A DNA stretch of 64,000 nucleotides from Alloascoidea hylecoeti (lineage: Eukaryota). A program made the position numbers and the translations under genes. The notes under the pieces are model-generated. The model was not told the DNA's origin, did no database searches, and was given only the letters and a program-made list of their open reading frames with translations. Below, piece by piece: positions 21,746 to 34,162 of this stretch (positions within the stretch are counted from its first letter, which is position 1; the number at the start of each line of letters is the position of its first letter). The stretch spans positions 186,001 to 250,000 of the forward strand of contig BCKZ01000021.1 of assembly GCA_001600815.1 (NCBI GenBank), read 5' to 3'.

Positions 21746-23045
21746 GATTCTAATAGACAGTTCATTTTGGAATTTCGGAGGAATACATACATGTACATGT
21801 ACGTATGTTTCCTTATTTATTATATAACTACTCGAAGGGTGAAATTACATTTATATGATTAAACTTGAATGAAGTAAAATCATATTATAAAGCTGAAGAA
21901 ACAAATATCAACTAAAAAAGAAAAAAAATAGTGGTTATTTACCTAAGCAGATTTCATTTCAGACCTCCACTAATCAATCTTAAACCTTTAATACTCAAAG
22001 ACTCAATGGGGGAATTTATATCAGTTGAATATGCATGGATTCATCTAGATAAGGTAAATAAACCATTTTCCTCAACTATTTGCAAGGTCTGTGAAATGTC
22101 CTTTTCAGAATAATTTTTACACTTCTTTGTCAAATTTATGACTTTTTCATATTCACTATGTACTATGTAAGCTCCAGAAAAGTATTTATATAACCAAATA
22201 AGACTTACCCTAAATTCGGCTAAACTAAAGCTAAAATCTCAAAGTATCAATGCTTAACTTTTCTAATATATTTTTTATAACTATAGCTGTACTTGTAAGT
22301 TATACAACATTAACGTAAATAGCTTTTAAGTCAGGGGTAAAGGAATCTCGAATATCTATATCTTATATTATCCATTTTAAATACAACAATCTTTCTTAAT
22401 TCTATATGTTTGATGATGTGTACATATATACATATCTGTATTAATGGCCATGGGGAGCCTAAAGAACACTGAACTATATGATTATTTGAGCATTATTAAA
22501 GATTCAACATTTGGAGGGGTCTGCAATGAAATTGTAGTTTAGGAAAATAACAGAATAACCGTTTCTTTTTCTTTTCGATAAAAGATCCTTTCTTTAGTTT
22601 TACACTGTTTCAGTCTTATAATATAAATTTTTACTTACCGTACATTACAATTTTACCTTACGAGTAGTTATAAAGTATACCTCCTTTATAATCGAGATTA
22701 AATTTAAAGCAAATATCGCGATTGATAATTTGAGATCTTTAACTATATGCATATATGATATATATTACTAGAATCAAAGTTAAAATGTGATATAGAGATA
22801 CTTCGAACTAATGCTACACTTATATTTTGTTTATCATATCAACATGATCAGTGTCCAATATCCAATGAGGTACCTTCACCTTCCTGATTAGAAATAAAAT
22901 TAGGTAACATATAAGCTTATTCATTACAAATCCATTATTTTTATAGTCTACTTAACTTGCATAACTGCCTAGAATGGTAAAAATATTTACGATTGCTCTT
23001 ACATTATAGAACATCAAGTATGTTACATATATACTGTAACCGAGA

Positions 23046-23966
23046 CTAAAATTGTATTGCCCCATCTAAATCATCTGTTAATAGAAAGTCTCCATCTGCA
23101 TTTGCTATTTGTGTCCAAATTGCGTTTCTTGTTCTAACTGGCCAATCAGGAATATTCCAATATCTTGTCTTGATGCCTAAAGAGTGCGCGTATTCGATCT
23201 GTGATTCTAATATTTCGATAGCAGTATCATTCAAACCATCTAAACCAGGTTTACCAACAGTGCCTTGGAAATCTGCAGAAGCTATTGGGCTAAGGGTAGC
23301 AGTAAAAGTATTATTCAATCCATATAATGGCGCATCAAAAAAGTAATCGCGAGAATTGTGTTCAAGGAGATAGTCCAATGGAGTCTCTCCAGTTCCTATA
23401 ACAGTTACTGGCCTGTATGTAATGGCCGTTCCATTGAAATCAGTTAAATAATTCTTCTCTCTCAAAGGTTGGAGCGCTTCAACGACTTTGGGCCAAGCGG
23501 TTGAACCATTATTTTTAACATCGACAAACAAATATAATGTGGCACCAGCATTGGTTTGAAACACTCCATTAAGATCTTTGTTAAATTCCCCAGAATTGTT
23601 AACTTCAGGTAAATGATAGATGGGATTATTCAACTTATTAAGTGTTTCAAGAATTGGTTGGATATATAAACTGTCGAATGTTCTCTCTTCCTTTAAAGAG
23701 TAAGGATTATGCCCAACGTATAATGTTGTGTCATTCTCGTTCAAAAGCCAAACATCAGCTTCTATACTTTGAACTCCTCTTTCAACAGCATCATAGAAGG
23801 GACGTTTTCTCCAATAATCATTGTGTGAATGAATTTGACGAACGGGAACATCTGCGGTACTTCCAGGGTAAGCTGTGCTGTTATTATCCGAAGTTGCAAT
23901 TGCAACAGCGGAAGAATAATAGCTCAAAAAAGATGTTAAAAAGAAAGAGACATTACAGATTTTCAT
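23046..23966 (-). CDS. AIM6: AIM6-family PLC-like phosphodiesterase with signal peptide (paralog B)
   Basis: Same motifs as 1614-2528 (IHSHNDYWRKRPF, SIEADVW, GIKTRYW) and collinear over the whole length. The ATG of MKICNV is at 23966. Confidence 0.85.
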   Translation of the reverse strand: MKICNVSFFLTSFLSYYSSAVAIATSDNNSTAYPGSTADVPVRQIHSHNDYWRKRPFYDAVERGVQSIEADVWLLNENDTTLYVGHNPYSLKEERTFDSLYIQPILETLNKLNNPIYHLPEVNNSGEFNKDLNGVFQTNAGATLYLFVDVKNNGSTAWPKVVEALQPLREKNYLTDFNGTAITYRPVTVIGTGETPLDYLLEHNSRDYFFDAPLYGLNNTFTATLSPIASADFQGTVGKPGLDGLNDTAIEILESQIEYAHSLGIKTRYWNIPDWPVRTRNAIWTQIANADGDFLLTDDLDGAIQF

Positions 23967-25979
23967 TTTTAATTGAAACAATAAAAGTAATAATTGGAAA
24001 TTACATAGATTTAATCATCTATTTATACTATAAAAAAAGATTTCTAAAATACTCGATATCGATTACCCCCCTAGCCGGAATTTATCATCATATGCAATGC
24101 ATAGCAGATGTCTGTACCACACACGTGTTATGAGATGGGGCATAGTCCAGAGTTGACCATTGTTATTTGCCAATTGTGGGCACGTTTTTATCTTCATGAA
24201 GTTCGTCACAGATTGTAGCAACCAATACTAATAGTGATAATCCTATATGCATTTCATATATAAACAGGCTCTATGTATATCATTTTATAATTATATTATC
24301 CTGGAAAAACAGTGAATTACAAGCACGAGTATTAATCCGCTGTACCTGCATAATCACATTCTAATTTTCGAAATATGCGGCTAGTACAGAGTAATGGTTT
24401 ATTTAGTGTTCCTGTTCCTGTACCTGTATTGCTCCTGATCAATCTATTAATTCTAATTTCTCCTCATAAATGAACATATTCAACAGTAGATTCCTATGTG
24501 AACATTCCATTCCGTCTTTCAGCTTCTTGATTCTGATATTTAAAGGTTTGTGGCTATGTGACTACAAAACATAATAATAGTGTCGATTGACAATGCATAT
24601 GAGATTATTATATTTTACATCTTAGCTATACTTCTGCTGTAAATATTAATAGTAACTACATTGTGTTTGACAAACTCTTAAATGTGTATTTATTTAGGAC
24701 CATCGCTGTTCGTACCGTTAATAGTAGATATCATGGGGTCCTTCTTGTCTACATTAATATTTTATGTAGATTTCGTGAGGTAGACCGTTAATTTGTTCTA
24801 GTAAGAGTAGAAAAGAGAGGAAATGTTTGTTGTTCATATCTACTTTTGTGGATGAAGAATCTATACCCAATTTCAATAGATCCTTAAAAAAGTAGAGTTT
24901 TGCGTTTACCATCTAGTATAATGACTTCAAACAACCATCTTCCTTCAGATATCCTAGTTTCTTTGAATTCTTCATTCCTTATTATTGGTGTTTTTGGATA
25001 TTAAAGTAAGTAATATCTTTTTGAAAAAGAACCTTCACATGTTTATGTTCTTCTTAATTTTCATATGTTTGCATTTATTTTTATTTTTTTGGATAGGATT
25101 TTATTATGTATAAATTATACTAAATTACAATTGATAAAAAGAAATACAATTTCATATTGTGCGAAACTTTAAAATACAAATGTTTTTAGTATAGACTTAC
25201 ACTTATTCTTTTTTAGTAAAAACAAGAGCCTACATATAGTTGAATATAATACTTTGAGCTCATTTTCGAATCCCATCGAAAGACATTAGAAATATATAAT
25301 AATAAAGTTCTAAGTGTTGCCCCAAAAAGTCAATCGACTATTTGTGAACTGTTCTAAGGTTTGATACCAACATATAATATTAACCATATGGTACTAAATG
25401 TACATACTGATATTTGAATCTAAGTTTAGGTTTCGCCGTTCACCTATGTCCCTATATATTAACAATTTTAAATCCGTTAGTAATTATAATCATACTATTC
25501 AAAAGAAGGACTCGTATTTGCCATAACTTGTGAAACAAGGCCCACTTTTTTTGAAAGTATATATATGACGGACGGGTTAAATATTCCAATCTAAGGTCTT
25601 TCCCAATAAATGAAGCGAAACAGTAATATATAAACTATAGAAGCATTAACAACATGTTCTTCGGTTTTAATACCTGGGTTTAACTATAAGATGTATAAAT
25701 ATAGAATACCAGATGTGAAAATTTAAATTTATTGGCTAAATTTACCCAATCTATTTATTATAGTTCATACTGTTCTACTCTTAACTACTAAGCTTGTGCT
25801 TGCTTTAATTTATTTTTGTAAATCGGAATTGGAATTGGAATTGGGAAACAAATATGATTTTTTTGAATTTTGAAATAAAAAATTTAGTCTTATTACTCCT
25901 ATCCAATTTTTGAAAATTATGCAACTGTAATTATGATCTTGAGTAAAATATCTGATTATAGCTATTAGAATCACATAAA

Positions 25980-26990
25980 TCTATTAATAATTGAAGGATC
26001 ATATCTAATTAGTTATGCTCTGATCAATTACATTCAGGATGAAGAGTGCCAATTGTAAAATCCCTGGATCATTATTCACCCCACAGTATTGTAATATTAA
26101 TTGATTTCATTTAACGTTACAATATTCCGGAAATAATAAAATATCATTAATATTGATATTTGTTTTCATGGCGACAACTACGAAATTAAGGTCCAAATGG
26201 ACCACAATACTTAAATTTCTATATACCATATATTGATGTCAGACCAAATAGTGACTCAATATGTATGGTAAATTGTTCATATTTGACAAGCACGAAGACC
26301 AGTTTTTCATACACTAGTACTGTCTTAAAGCATTCGTTTATAAGTTATAGCTATAAAGATCTAGAAAAAATAAAGAAAAGTATAAATTACACTTTAAATC
26401 TTATAAGTGACAGATTTATTCATTCTTCTTTATTTCTATGGGGTCAAATTTTAAGACAGGTACCAGAAGATCCATTCCAAGTACCATAATTATCATTCAA
26501 CCATTATTTCTTTGTAGTACACTTCCGGAAGATTTGGACGAAAAAATTTGATTTGTGGTTCATCAATTATATGTGTTTTAGCTTTTTCACGACATTAGAA
26601 TTATTTCTCCGTATCTTAGTCGCCCTAGTGGTAGTCCAGACAAGAATGTGGTGATTGTTTATTGCACTTGTTTGTATTTATATTTATATTATAACCTTTA
26701 TCATAAGTTGGGCACATTGTGCTTTTATAGTTGTGTCAGAAATATCCACGAAGAATCTGGCAATGACAGTTTCAGTTGCTGCAAATTGTATTTAAAAACT
26801 TTATGGATTCTTTCTTTTGTTTTCATCTCCTTCTTTAATACATAACTAAGGGTTTTATTATGGTTATGATCCTTACAATATTTTTTGTTTTTCAGGCATT
26901 CCCGAGACTAAGGGGTTGAGTTTAGAGAAGGTTGAAGAGTTATATCAGTCCTCTAGTTGCATAACACCACGGAGAACCAAAAGCAAAGAG
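25980..26990 (+). pseudogene. Hexose transporter (sugar porter, HXT-like) pseudogene
   Basis: Fragments occur in the correct order across frameshifts and stops: SG*RVPI (WRVPL), LYFYG, GRFGRK, ISWAHCAFIVVSEI, LAMTVSVAAN, GFYYGY, and IPETKGLSLEKVEELY at about 26898-26945. Confidence 0.8.
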
Positions 26991-27254
26991 CAGACTAGCC
27001 ACCATTGATATGGTATAGCTAGCTATAGCTATGGAAGCAAACCGTGCAGATATTATACTTTAACAATTATATATTAATATTACTGATACTCAATAATCGC
27101 TAATTAATTTCAAAAGATGGATGAGATGTAATGTTGTATCTCGTAAAGTAAGCAAGCAAACTCAATCAAACTCAATTGCAATTGTTACTTTTACTTTTAC
27201 TTTTCTTTTTCACTATTTCCCAGTAAATTTATTTTTTTAACAATATACTAAATA

Positions 27255-28895
27255 ATGATGTTCCATAAAGATGAAAAAGGCGCGATTGGTACCACGAACA
27301 AAAGCGGCTTGGAACTAGTTTATCCTCTATTTAATGACTTGAAAGTCTCTCCAGCCTCTCAAACACCTAAGTCTGCCGATAATATCCCTGTTTCAATGGA
27401 TACCACCTCGCACTGCAGCGATGCTTTGAATAGATCAGTAACTTTGAACTCAGCTATCTCGCCACCTGCTAACAGTTTGAGTGGGATATCAATTGATCAA
27501 GACGCGAATTCTAGGAAAACGATACCAACATCACAAGCGCCCTCAGCCAATTCTCATTTAACTGCCCCGAATTCTTTTCTATTTATGAAAGAACGATTAA
27601 CCAAATTTTTCCAAGGGGGTAATAGGCTTCAACGTCTTGAAGTTGATGTTAAAGATCGCGAAGTGGAAAATGCCTCTAGCGACAATGACAATGATAAAGA
27701 TTCCCAAGATGATGCAAGGAGCATTCAAAGTAAAAAAAGTTTTTTAAGCTTTAAAAGTTTCCGGTCTAAGATTGATGAGGGGAAAGGGTTTTCTAAGGAT
27801 GAAAAGATTTACCCAGCTTCCCCTTCAATGCTATTGTTTGATATCTCTGGGTTTTCAGAAGAACTTGTAACGACCAAAATAGATCATAATTCGTATGAAT
27901 GCTACAGAAAACTAATCAGACTAAAAATGGAAGATTTTTTTTTGTCAAACCTCTGGGATGTCTGGGATTCAAGGTAATTTTGACGATTATATCATACCAT
28001 TTATCATTTAATATATCTAACAAATGAAGCACCAACGCACTACCAAAAGCGCGTATTGTACCAAAATCATCCGGTGTGGATAACTTTGGTATTCCTTTTT
28101 TCAGATCAAAAGGGCGTGGAATGCGTAGAATTGGGGTCATACAAACTAATAAAGTAATAATGATCATAGCTATATTCGTTCTTCATTACCTTCTTACAAA
28201 AGCTAATTTGATTAAAACAATAGGAACTTAGAGAATTTTTGATAAACTGTAAAATAATTGCGGATAATAATGAGTCTAAAATTCACATATTTAAACCAGG
28301 TATTAAGCCAAAAATGTATGAATCGAACAATGACTCAAAAGCTCAATGGCCTAAAAATAACTCCCTAACCTGACTATATACTAATCATAAATTTTAGAAA
28401 CGACCCTAATAATAAAGATTATGGGTGCATTTGTTTCAAAGTCCCTCAGCATGACTTAACGGATCTAAAGTTTTGGCAAGTGTTGCTATCGTCTGCAATT
28501 AATGATGATGAATATCAAAATCTAATTGATAGTATGAATAATTCTTTTAATGTGCTTTAAATGATATTCTATGTTTCTAATCACTCATTTAGACATAAAT
28601 GGATTTACATGGCAAAAAGCGTCTGGTGTATCTGGTTCACTTTTCAAAATATGGATCTCGAAGAAGCAGGATACAGCTGACGATAGTTACGTTAAGAATG
28701 TTTACAGAACCGTTAAGGAGATATTCAAAACAGATGAGGAATTGAAGGAAGTTGTTACGCACTGCAAATTTGTCGTATGCTACTAATTCTCTATTGTTTC
28801 GACATGCTGATCATTCATTTTGATATAACTAACCGAATCTATAGATTAATGCTACACAAGAGAAGTTTGACGTTAACCTTTCAATCATCAAATGA
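27255..28895 (+). CDS. Six-exon gene with a disordered N-terminus and a divergent eIF4E-like domain; exons 27255-27973, 28030-28153, 28224-28315, 28398-28531, 28593-28774 and 28845-28895
   Basis: Five GT...CTAAY...AG introns keep one open frame: FFLSNLWDVW...IHIFKPGIKPKINDPNNKDYG...FWQVLLSSAIND...INGFTW...FKIWIS. This parallels the eIF4E blocks L.N.W..W, FK.GI.P.WEDP.N..GG, W...LL..IGE, I.G and I.LW. Confidence 0.7.
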
Positions 28896-29359
28896 TATAC
28901 AGTTAGGGATTTTTGAAATATTCTATCAAAATGTTATGAAGACCTTTCTTATATATATATATATATATATATTTTTGGTCGTGTCAATATTAAACAAGAA
29001 GCAAGATTAATGTGCTGAATCTTTCTAAAGAGACATAGCTTCACTCATATATATTATATACTACCTATTTATCTAGTATTTAATTGGTTGAATATTGAAA
29101 TTTAACCCAAATAATCTACTTCAAATTTAATAAGGCAAGTATTTATTGATTTCCTAGTAGATAGAACAAATCATATCCATATTTACTAATATTTATGTTT
29201 CAATACTACAGATAACTCATAAATATAAATGTAGCTTGGTTATTCTCTCCTAGACCTGTTATCATCTAACTGTAATTGAAAGTATAGTCAGGTGTCTTAA
29301 GCCTTGAGAACTTCCTATCGAGAATTTTAGTCAAGTTTCGAAATAACGAAATATCTTGA

Positions 29360-29600
29360 AGAGGAATAATGAAAGATGTATCACTCAGTCAACTAATATT
29401 TACTCTACAAAATGTTTCATACCCACACATGTACCTAATTTTATGATTAATAAAAAGAAAAGAAAATTGCGAACTCTTTGTCACTGAGGAAACGAACTAT
29501 TCACTCTCATAGTAGTGAAATATATTTATACATTTACCAAATACAGAATCAAACTGTTTATCAATTATATAAGGCTAAGTACCGAACTATTGGTTACCTG
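29360..29600 (+). mobile_element. Possible Ty3/gypsy reverse-transcriptase relic
   Basis: Fragments CITQSTNIYST...INKKKRKLRTLC and HLPNTES...KAKY resemble gypsy RT blocks I.PS.SPY.SP...V.KK.G.LR.C and LP.I.......AKYF. The sequence is heavily decayed. Confidence 0.3.
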
Positions 29601-29914
29601 AGGAACTAATGTTTAATCTCCAGAACGACGAAATTACACATACTGATATGACGAAATGATCTCTTTAATTTGCGATTATAAATAGTTTAGTTTTAATGAG
29701 CTACTTAAGCTTTTTAATGTTATTCACTCTAGTTAAGTATCCGTTCTCATGGTGACTTATGATTTCTTCTTTCAAGATCAATTGTAATCAAACAATTGTA
29801 ATTGATAATAATCAAGCATCTTTCCAAGATTTCATTATTATTTCAACCATACAGGCACGTGCAAGATTAAGCCTTTTCATAAACCCTTTTAAATTTCAAT
29901 ACCTCAACATTCAA

Positions 29915-31096
29915 ATGGTACTTCATTTCACAAACCTTCCATCTCATAGAAGATCAATATTATCACTTTATCGAACTTTATTAAGGCATGCCCGACATCT
30001 GGATCAAGTTACAAAATTTCCTGATAGTAATAAGTTATCAGTTGGAAGTTTTGTTTCTAATGGTATAAGATCTATATTTCAAAAACATAAGCATTGGATG
30101 TCAATTATTAATACAGAATCAGAAATTAAAAAGATTTATAAGGTATGAACAAAAATATCTAATTATTCTGGTCTAAACTTTTATGATAACTAATATATGA
30201 TATAGTGTGAAGCTATTTTAAGAGAAGCTTATGCTCCGAATGCAGATAATACAGATTTAGTACCAAGATTACAAAATCTACTACCAAAACCTCGAAAGGA
30301 AGAAACCCCTCTTATGTGGAATGAACCCTTAAAGGGAGACACACTCTTACTAGATAATGAAGCCATTGCTTTATTTTCAAAACTTAACTTTTTCACCTAC
30401 AAAGAGAAGAAACACGATAGATTACCTAAAAAAAAAAAACTTGATTCAAAATACTTGGAAGTTGTATTATTAAGTGATTTATTATATAAAGAATCAAGAA
30501 AAAGATTAAAAGAAATTCGAGGGGAAATTAATAAGGGGCCTTATATTGTTAGTCTTACAAATGCAATAGTAGCATCAAATATGTTAATGTTTCCGAGAGT
30601 GCCATGGCGTCAAAGCAAAAAATTAAGTGGTAAAATAGCCCAATTAATTGTACAGAATCAAAATACAAGAGATATAATGGCTGTATATGAATCTGGAAAA
30701 TGGAAACAGCTCGCTATAAATGAAGCAATTTGGGAATATAATATACAAAATGCTATCAAATCGAATAATAAACTTGAAAATGATAACGATAGTGGAAAAA
30801 GTTTAGAGAAATTGATTTATGAATGGACCATTGATATACAAGAAGCATATCATAGTATTCAAAAAGAAATGGATGATTTAAATCAAGAAGTTTTGGAATA
30901 TGGGCCAATTATAAAAAGACAACAGAATTATTATCAAACAATAACATTTCTAATGTATGGAAGAAGAAAAGCAAGGTTTGAAAAAGTTCAAGAATGTCTT
31001 TCTAAATTAAATCCTACTTCACATTCAGATTATGCCGGTATCGATCTTCATCAGATATTAAATGATTATGATTTTATTGAAAAATCTGGCAAATGA
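29915..31096 (+). CDS. RRG1: Rrg1-like LYR-motif mitochondrial protein; exons 29915-30142 and 30206-31096
   Basis: N-terminal motif PSHRRSILSLYRTLLRH. A 63-nt GTATGA...CTAAT...TAG intron joins the two ORF-track ORFs in frame. Blocks KGP, QSKKL, NEAIWE and MY..R...F match those recalled for yeast Rrg1. Confidence 0.75.
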
Positions 31097-31407
31097 TTCA
31101 CAATTGTCTATCAATATAATATATGCGCATAAGAATTTCACATTTATACAACTAACAAAATGTATCTAGATCTCTTTTATATACAACACCAACTTAAGAG
31201 AATCAACAACTTTTACCACAAACATTGTTATAACCTTATACCTAAAGTATTCAAACTATTACAAACATCAAACAAAAAGGTAACATAAAAGTATTATAAT
31301 TAATATATATATATAGTTGTAAATGAAATGCATCAATGAAAAGAGAATGAAGAAAAGATCATATACATTTTTTTTCTTTCTATCTAATGTTAATATTTAT
31401 TTTTAAT

Positions 31408-33294
31408 TTAGGGTATGATGGATTGTTTAGTTTGCTCTACACCTTTAATCAATGTTTCATTATTCTTATTAATAGCATTATTTACAGTTTCAGTAGCGGT
31501 GGTGGATGTTGTTGATGATGATTTTTCAGTTATGTTTTTTGATGCTAATCTTTTAGATTTTAATTCGGATAAATTTTTTAAAATTTTTGATTGATCTATT
31601 TTAGTTGAAGTCTTTTTACAAATTTGTTGAATGAAAGGCCTTGGTGTCCTAAGTCTCGAAGCTAAAACCAAAGCACTTGTTAATAAAGCTAAACTACCAG
31701 CTTGATGAGCAGAAGCTAATGGGATTGGTATTAAGTAAATTAATGTCGAAATGCCTAAAGCCATTTGTAAAGTAACAAATCCCATGGCAACATGCGTTGC
31801 TTTTACGGCAGTTTTAGGGATAATATGCTTGTTTTTAGTCGCATACATGTGTAAAGCAAATACCGAAAAAAAAGTGGTTATTGCTAATGTTCTATGAATA
31901 AATTGAACTGTTGTTGGGTTTTCAAATAAATTCCTCCACCATAAATCAGATAAATCTTCTTTTCTTGAGAAATAAGGATTAAGTAATTCAATTTTTGGTG
32001 GGATATAACCTTCACCCATTTTAGGAAATTCATTATAAATTAAACCAGCATCTAAACCAGCAACGAAACCACCTGCCATTGCAGTACAGAAAACTAAGAA
32101 ACAAAGAGCATTGCAGGCTAATCTGAATGGCTTTAATCTTGGATTGTGTAATAATGAAAATTGTTTTAAAGCTGATGATGGTTTTTTTAACCATCTGGCT
32201 TCCCTTGAAATTTCAAGACCAGTCCATACCATACCGGCGTATAAAACAAAAGCGGCACCTAAATGAGTTGTTAAACGATAAGGAGAAACAGTTGGTTTTG
32301 ATCTTCTTTCCGCTAATTGTTTTGGGTCTAAACCAGAGTAAACCATCCACCAACCAATAACACCTTGTAAACCAAATAATAAAGTTAGAAGACCTAATCT
32401 TCTTGAAACATGTAATGATACTTTTTTTGTAGAAACAAAATATAAACCAGGTAATACAAAAAATAAACCAATCATTCTACCAACTAGTCTATGACTCCAT
32501 TCCATGAAGAATATAAACTTAAAATCTTCTAATGACATATGAGAATTTAATTGTTTAAATTCAGGAGACAGTTTGTATTTATTGAATTCTATTTCCCAAT
32601 CTTCTTCGGTACTTGGGGGCAAAGCACCAATAACAGGTTTCCATTCAGTAATACTTAAACCAGATTCAGTTAATCTTGTTAAACCACCTAAAACAACAAT
32701 AAAAAAGATCAGAGTTGAAGTAGCCATTAACCAGTAACCAACTATGGGGGGACTAATTACTGCTTTTTCCTTTTTCTCCTTTTTATTTTCGGATTCAGCC
32801 TCAGATTTAGATTTAGATTCAAATTTAATTTCAGGTGAAGGATTTATATGTTCTGATTTTGATTTATTTAAAGAATCAGCAGTCTCAGAAAAGGAGACAC
32901 GAGAATTTTTAGAACCATCAGATAACGGGGAAGCAGGTTTATTTAACAAAGTACCAATAGTGGAAAATCTTCTTAGACTTTCACGCCTAATTAGAGCTGA
33001 GGGACTATAATTATTATATTTGGAAGAAATAAAACCAGTAGAAAACTGTCTTCTTATTTGAGAACCATTCTTGATATGCATTCCATTATCATTATTAATA
33101 GTTTTTATCGTGATATTTGTATTTGAGCCAAATAATTTCCCCTTTAACAAATTTAAACCTTTAATGCTTGAGTTCGTATAAGATGAAGAAGAAACCTTTG
33201 AGTTGAGATTCAACCTCCTAGCACACGCACCCCCTTTTACAAGCACGGAGAAATTCTTAGTAAAGAAGAATTCCGAGCGAGCCAGAATCACCAT
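31408..33294 (-). CDS. COX15: Heme A synthase Cox15
   Basis: Motifs LGGLTRLTESGLSITEWKP, EWSHR, AGLDAGLIYNEFP, QFIHR and AHQAG, with a long mitochondrial-presequence-like N-terminus. Confidence 0.95.
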   Translation of the reverse strand: MVILARSEFFFTKNFSVLVKGGACARRLNLNSKVSSSSYTNSSIKGLNLLKGKLFGSNTNITIKTINNDNGMHIKNGSQIRRQFSTGFISSKYNNYSPSALIRRESLRRFSTIGTLLNKPASPLSDGSKNSRVSFSETADSLNKSKSEHINPSPEIKFESKSKSEAESENKKEKKEKAVISPPIVGYWLMATSTLIFFIVVLGGLTRLTESGLSITEWKPVIGALPPSTEEDWEIEFNKYKLSPEFKQLNSHMSLEDFKFIFFMEWSHRLVGRMIGLFFVLPGLYFVSTKKVSLHVSRRLGLLTLLFGLQGVIGWWMVYSGLDPKQLAERRSKPTVSPYRLTTHLGAAFVLYAGMVWTGLEISREARWLKKPSSALKQFSLLHNPRLKPFRLACNALCFLVFCTAMAGGFVAGLDAGLIYNEFPKMGEGYIPPKIELLNPYFSRKEDLSDLWWRNLFENPTTVQFIHRTLAITTFFSVFALHMYATKNKHIIPKTAVKATHVAMGFVTLQMALGISTLIYLIPIPLASAHQAGSLALLTSALVLASRLRTPRPFIQQICKKTSTKIDQSKILKNLSELKSKRLASKNITEKSSSTTSTTATETVNNAINKNNETLIKGVEQTKQSIIP

Positions 33295-33386
33295 TTCTTA
33301 TTCTAAATTTTATGAATTTGGTCCCGAAGGAGGTTTGAAAAAGAAAAAAATCGGTTTTTATTCAGATCATCAGATATTCTGAGACA

Positions 33387-33436
33387 GTCACGTGGGGTAT
33401 TATTTAGACATCTATATAATATGGGCTGATTGGCTG
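33387..33436. promoter_or_regulatory. Cbf1-type E-box (GTCACGTG) and CCAAT box in the COX15/LSM2 divergent promoter
   Basis: GTCACGTG starts at about 33387. CTGATTGGCT at about 33426 is the reverse complement of AGCCAATCAG, a Hap2/3/5-type site, upstream of a respiratory gene. Confidence 0.5.
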
Positions 33437-33591
33437 CAGAAAACCCGGGATTTGCAGCGCTGTGCGTCCGGAGATACGGGTGTGAAGCCCGGAATTTGAT
33501 ATGATGGAGTTCCGGTTACTGGAAATTCAAAATTGCGATTTGAACATCACAAAAGAATAATTTGATATTTGCGCACAAAAGTAAAACCAAA

Positions 33592-34162
33592 ATGCTGTTT
33601 TTTTCATTTTTTAAAACATTGATAGATCATCAGGTATGTTTCTTTTGGTATTCATTTTAATTTCACTAATTAGGATATCACTAACTGCTGGATATAGGTT
33701 ACGGTAGAGGTATGACTTGTACAAACTAACCAAATATAATCCCAATTAACTTATTTAAATTGATAGTTAAAAAATGATTTATCTATACGGGGCACTTTAA
33801 AATCTGTTGATCAATATCTTAATCTTAAACTGGATGAAATAAGTTGTGTTGATGAAATAAAATACCCACATTTAGTATGTTTGATGGATATAATTTTGAA
33901 AAATTGATAATGATATTTAAGAAATCTAACAGTTGGATCCTATAGAGTGGAGTTAAGAATGTTTTCATTAGAGGTTCAGTTGTGCGATATGTTCATTTAC
34001 CTCCAAACGGTGTTGATACAGCTTTATTAGAGGATGCTACACGAAGAGGTTAGTAATTTATTTATTTCTATATTATATTCTTATATTTATTGTATGCTAA
34101 CATTATTCCTAATGATTATAGAAGCAATGGCGAATTCTGGTAAACCGATTACAGGCAAATAA
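33592..34162 (+). CDS. LSM2: U6 snRNP / Lsm complex protein Lsm2; exons 33592-33633, 33698-33709, 33767-33874, 33946-34048 and 34122-34162
   Basis: The spliced product is MLFFSFFKTLIDHQ|VTVE|LKNDLSIRGTLKSVDQYLNLKLDEISCVDEIKYPHL|SGVKNVFIRGSVVRYVHLPPNGVDTALLEDATRR|EAMANSGKPITGK*. All four introns are GT...AG with branch motifs. Confidence 0.93.

Noticed and set aside
28311..28375. Reading through intron 3 of the eIF4E-like gene to give KPKMYE (WED-like)
   Set aside because: That frame hits TGA at about 28371. The GTATGA...CTAAT...TAG intron restores the frame into NDPNN.
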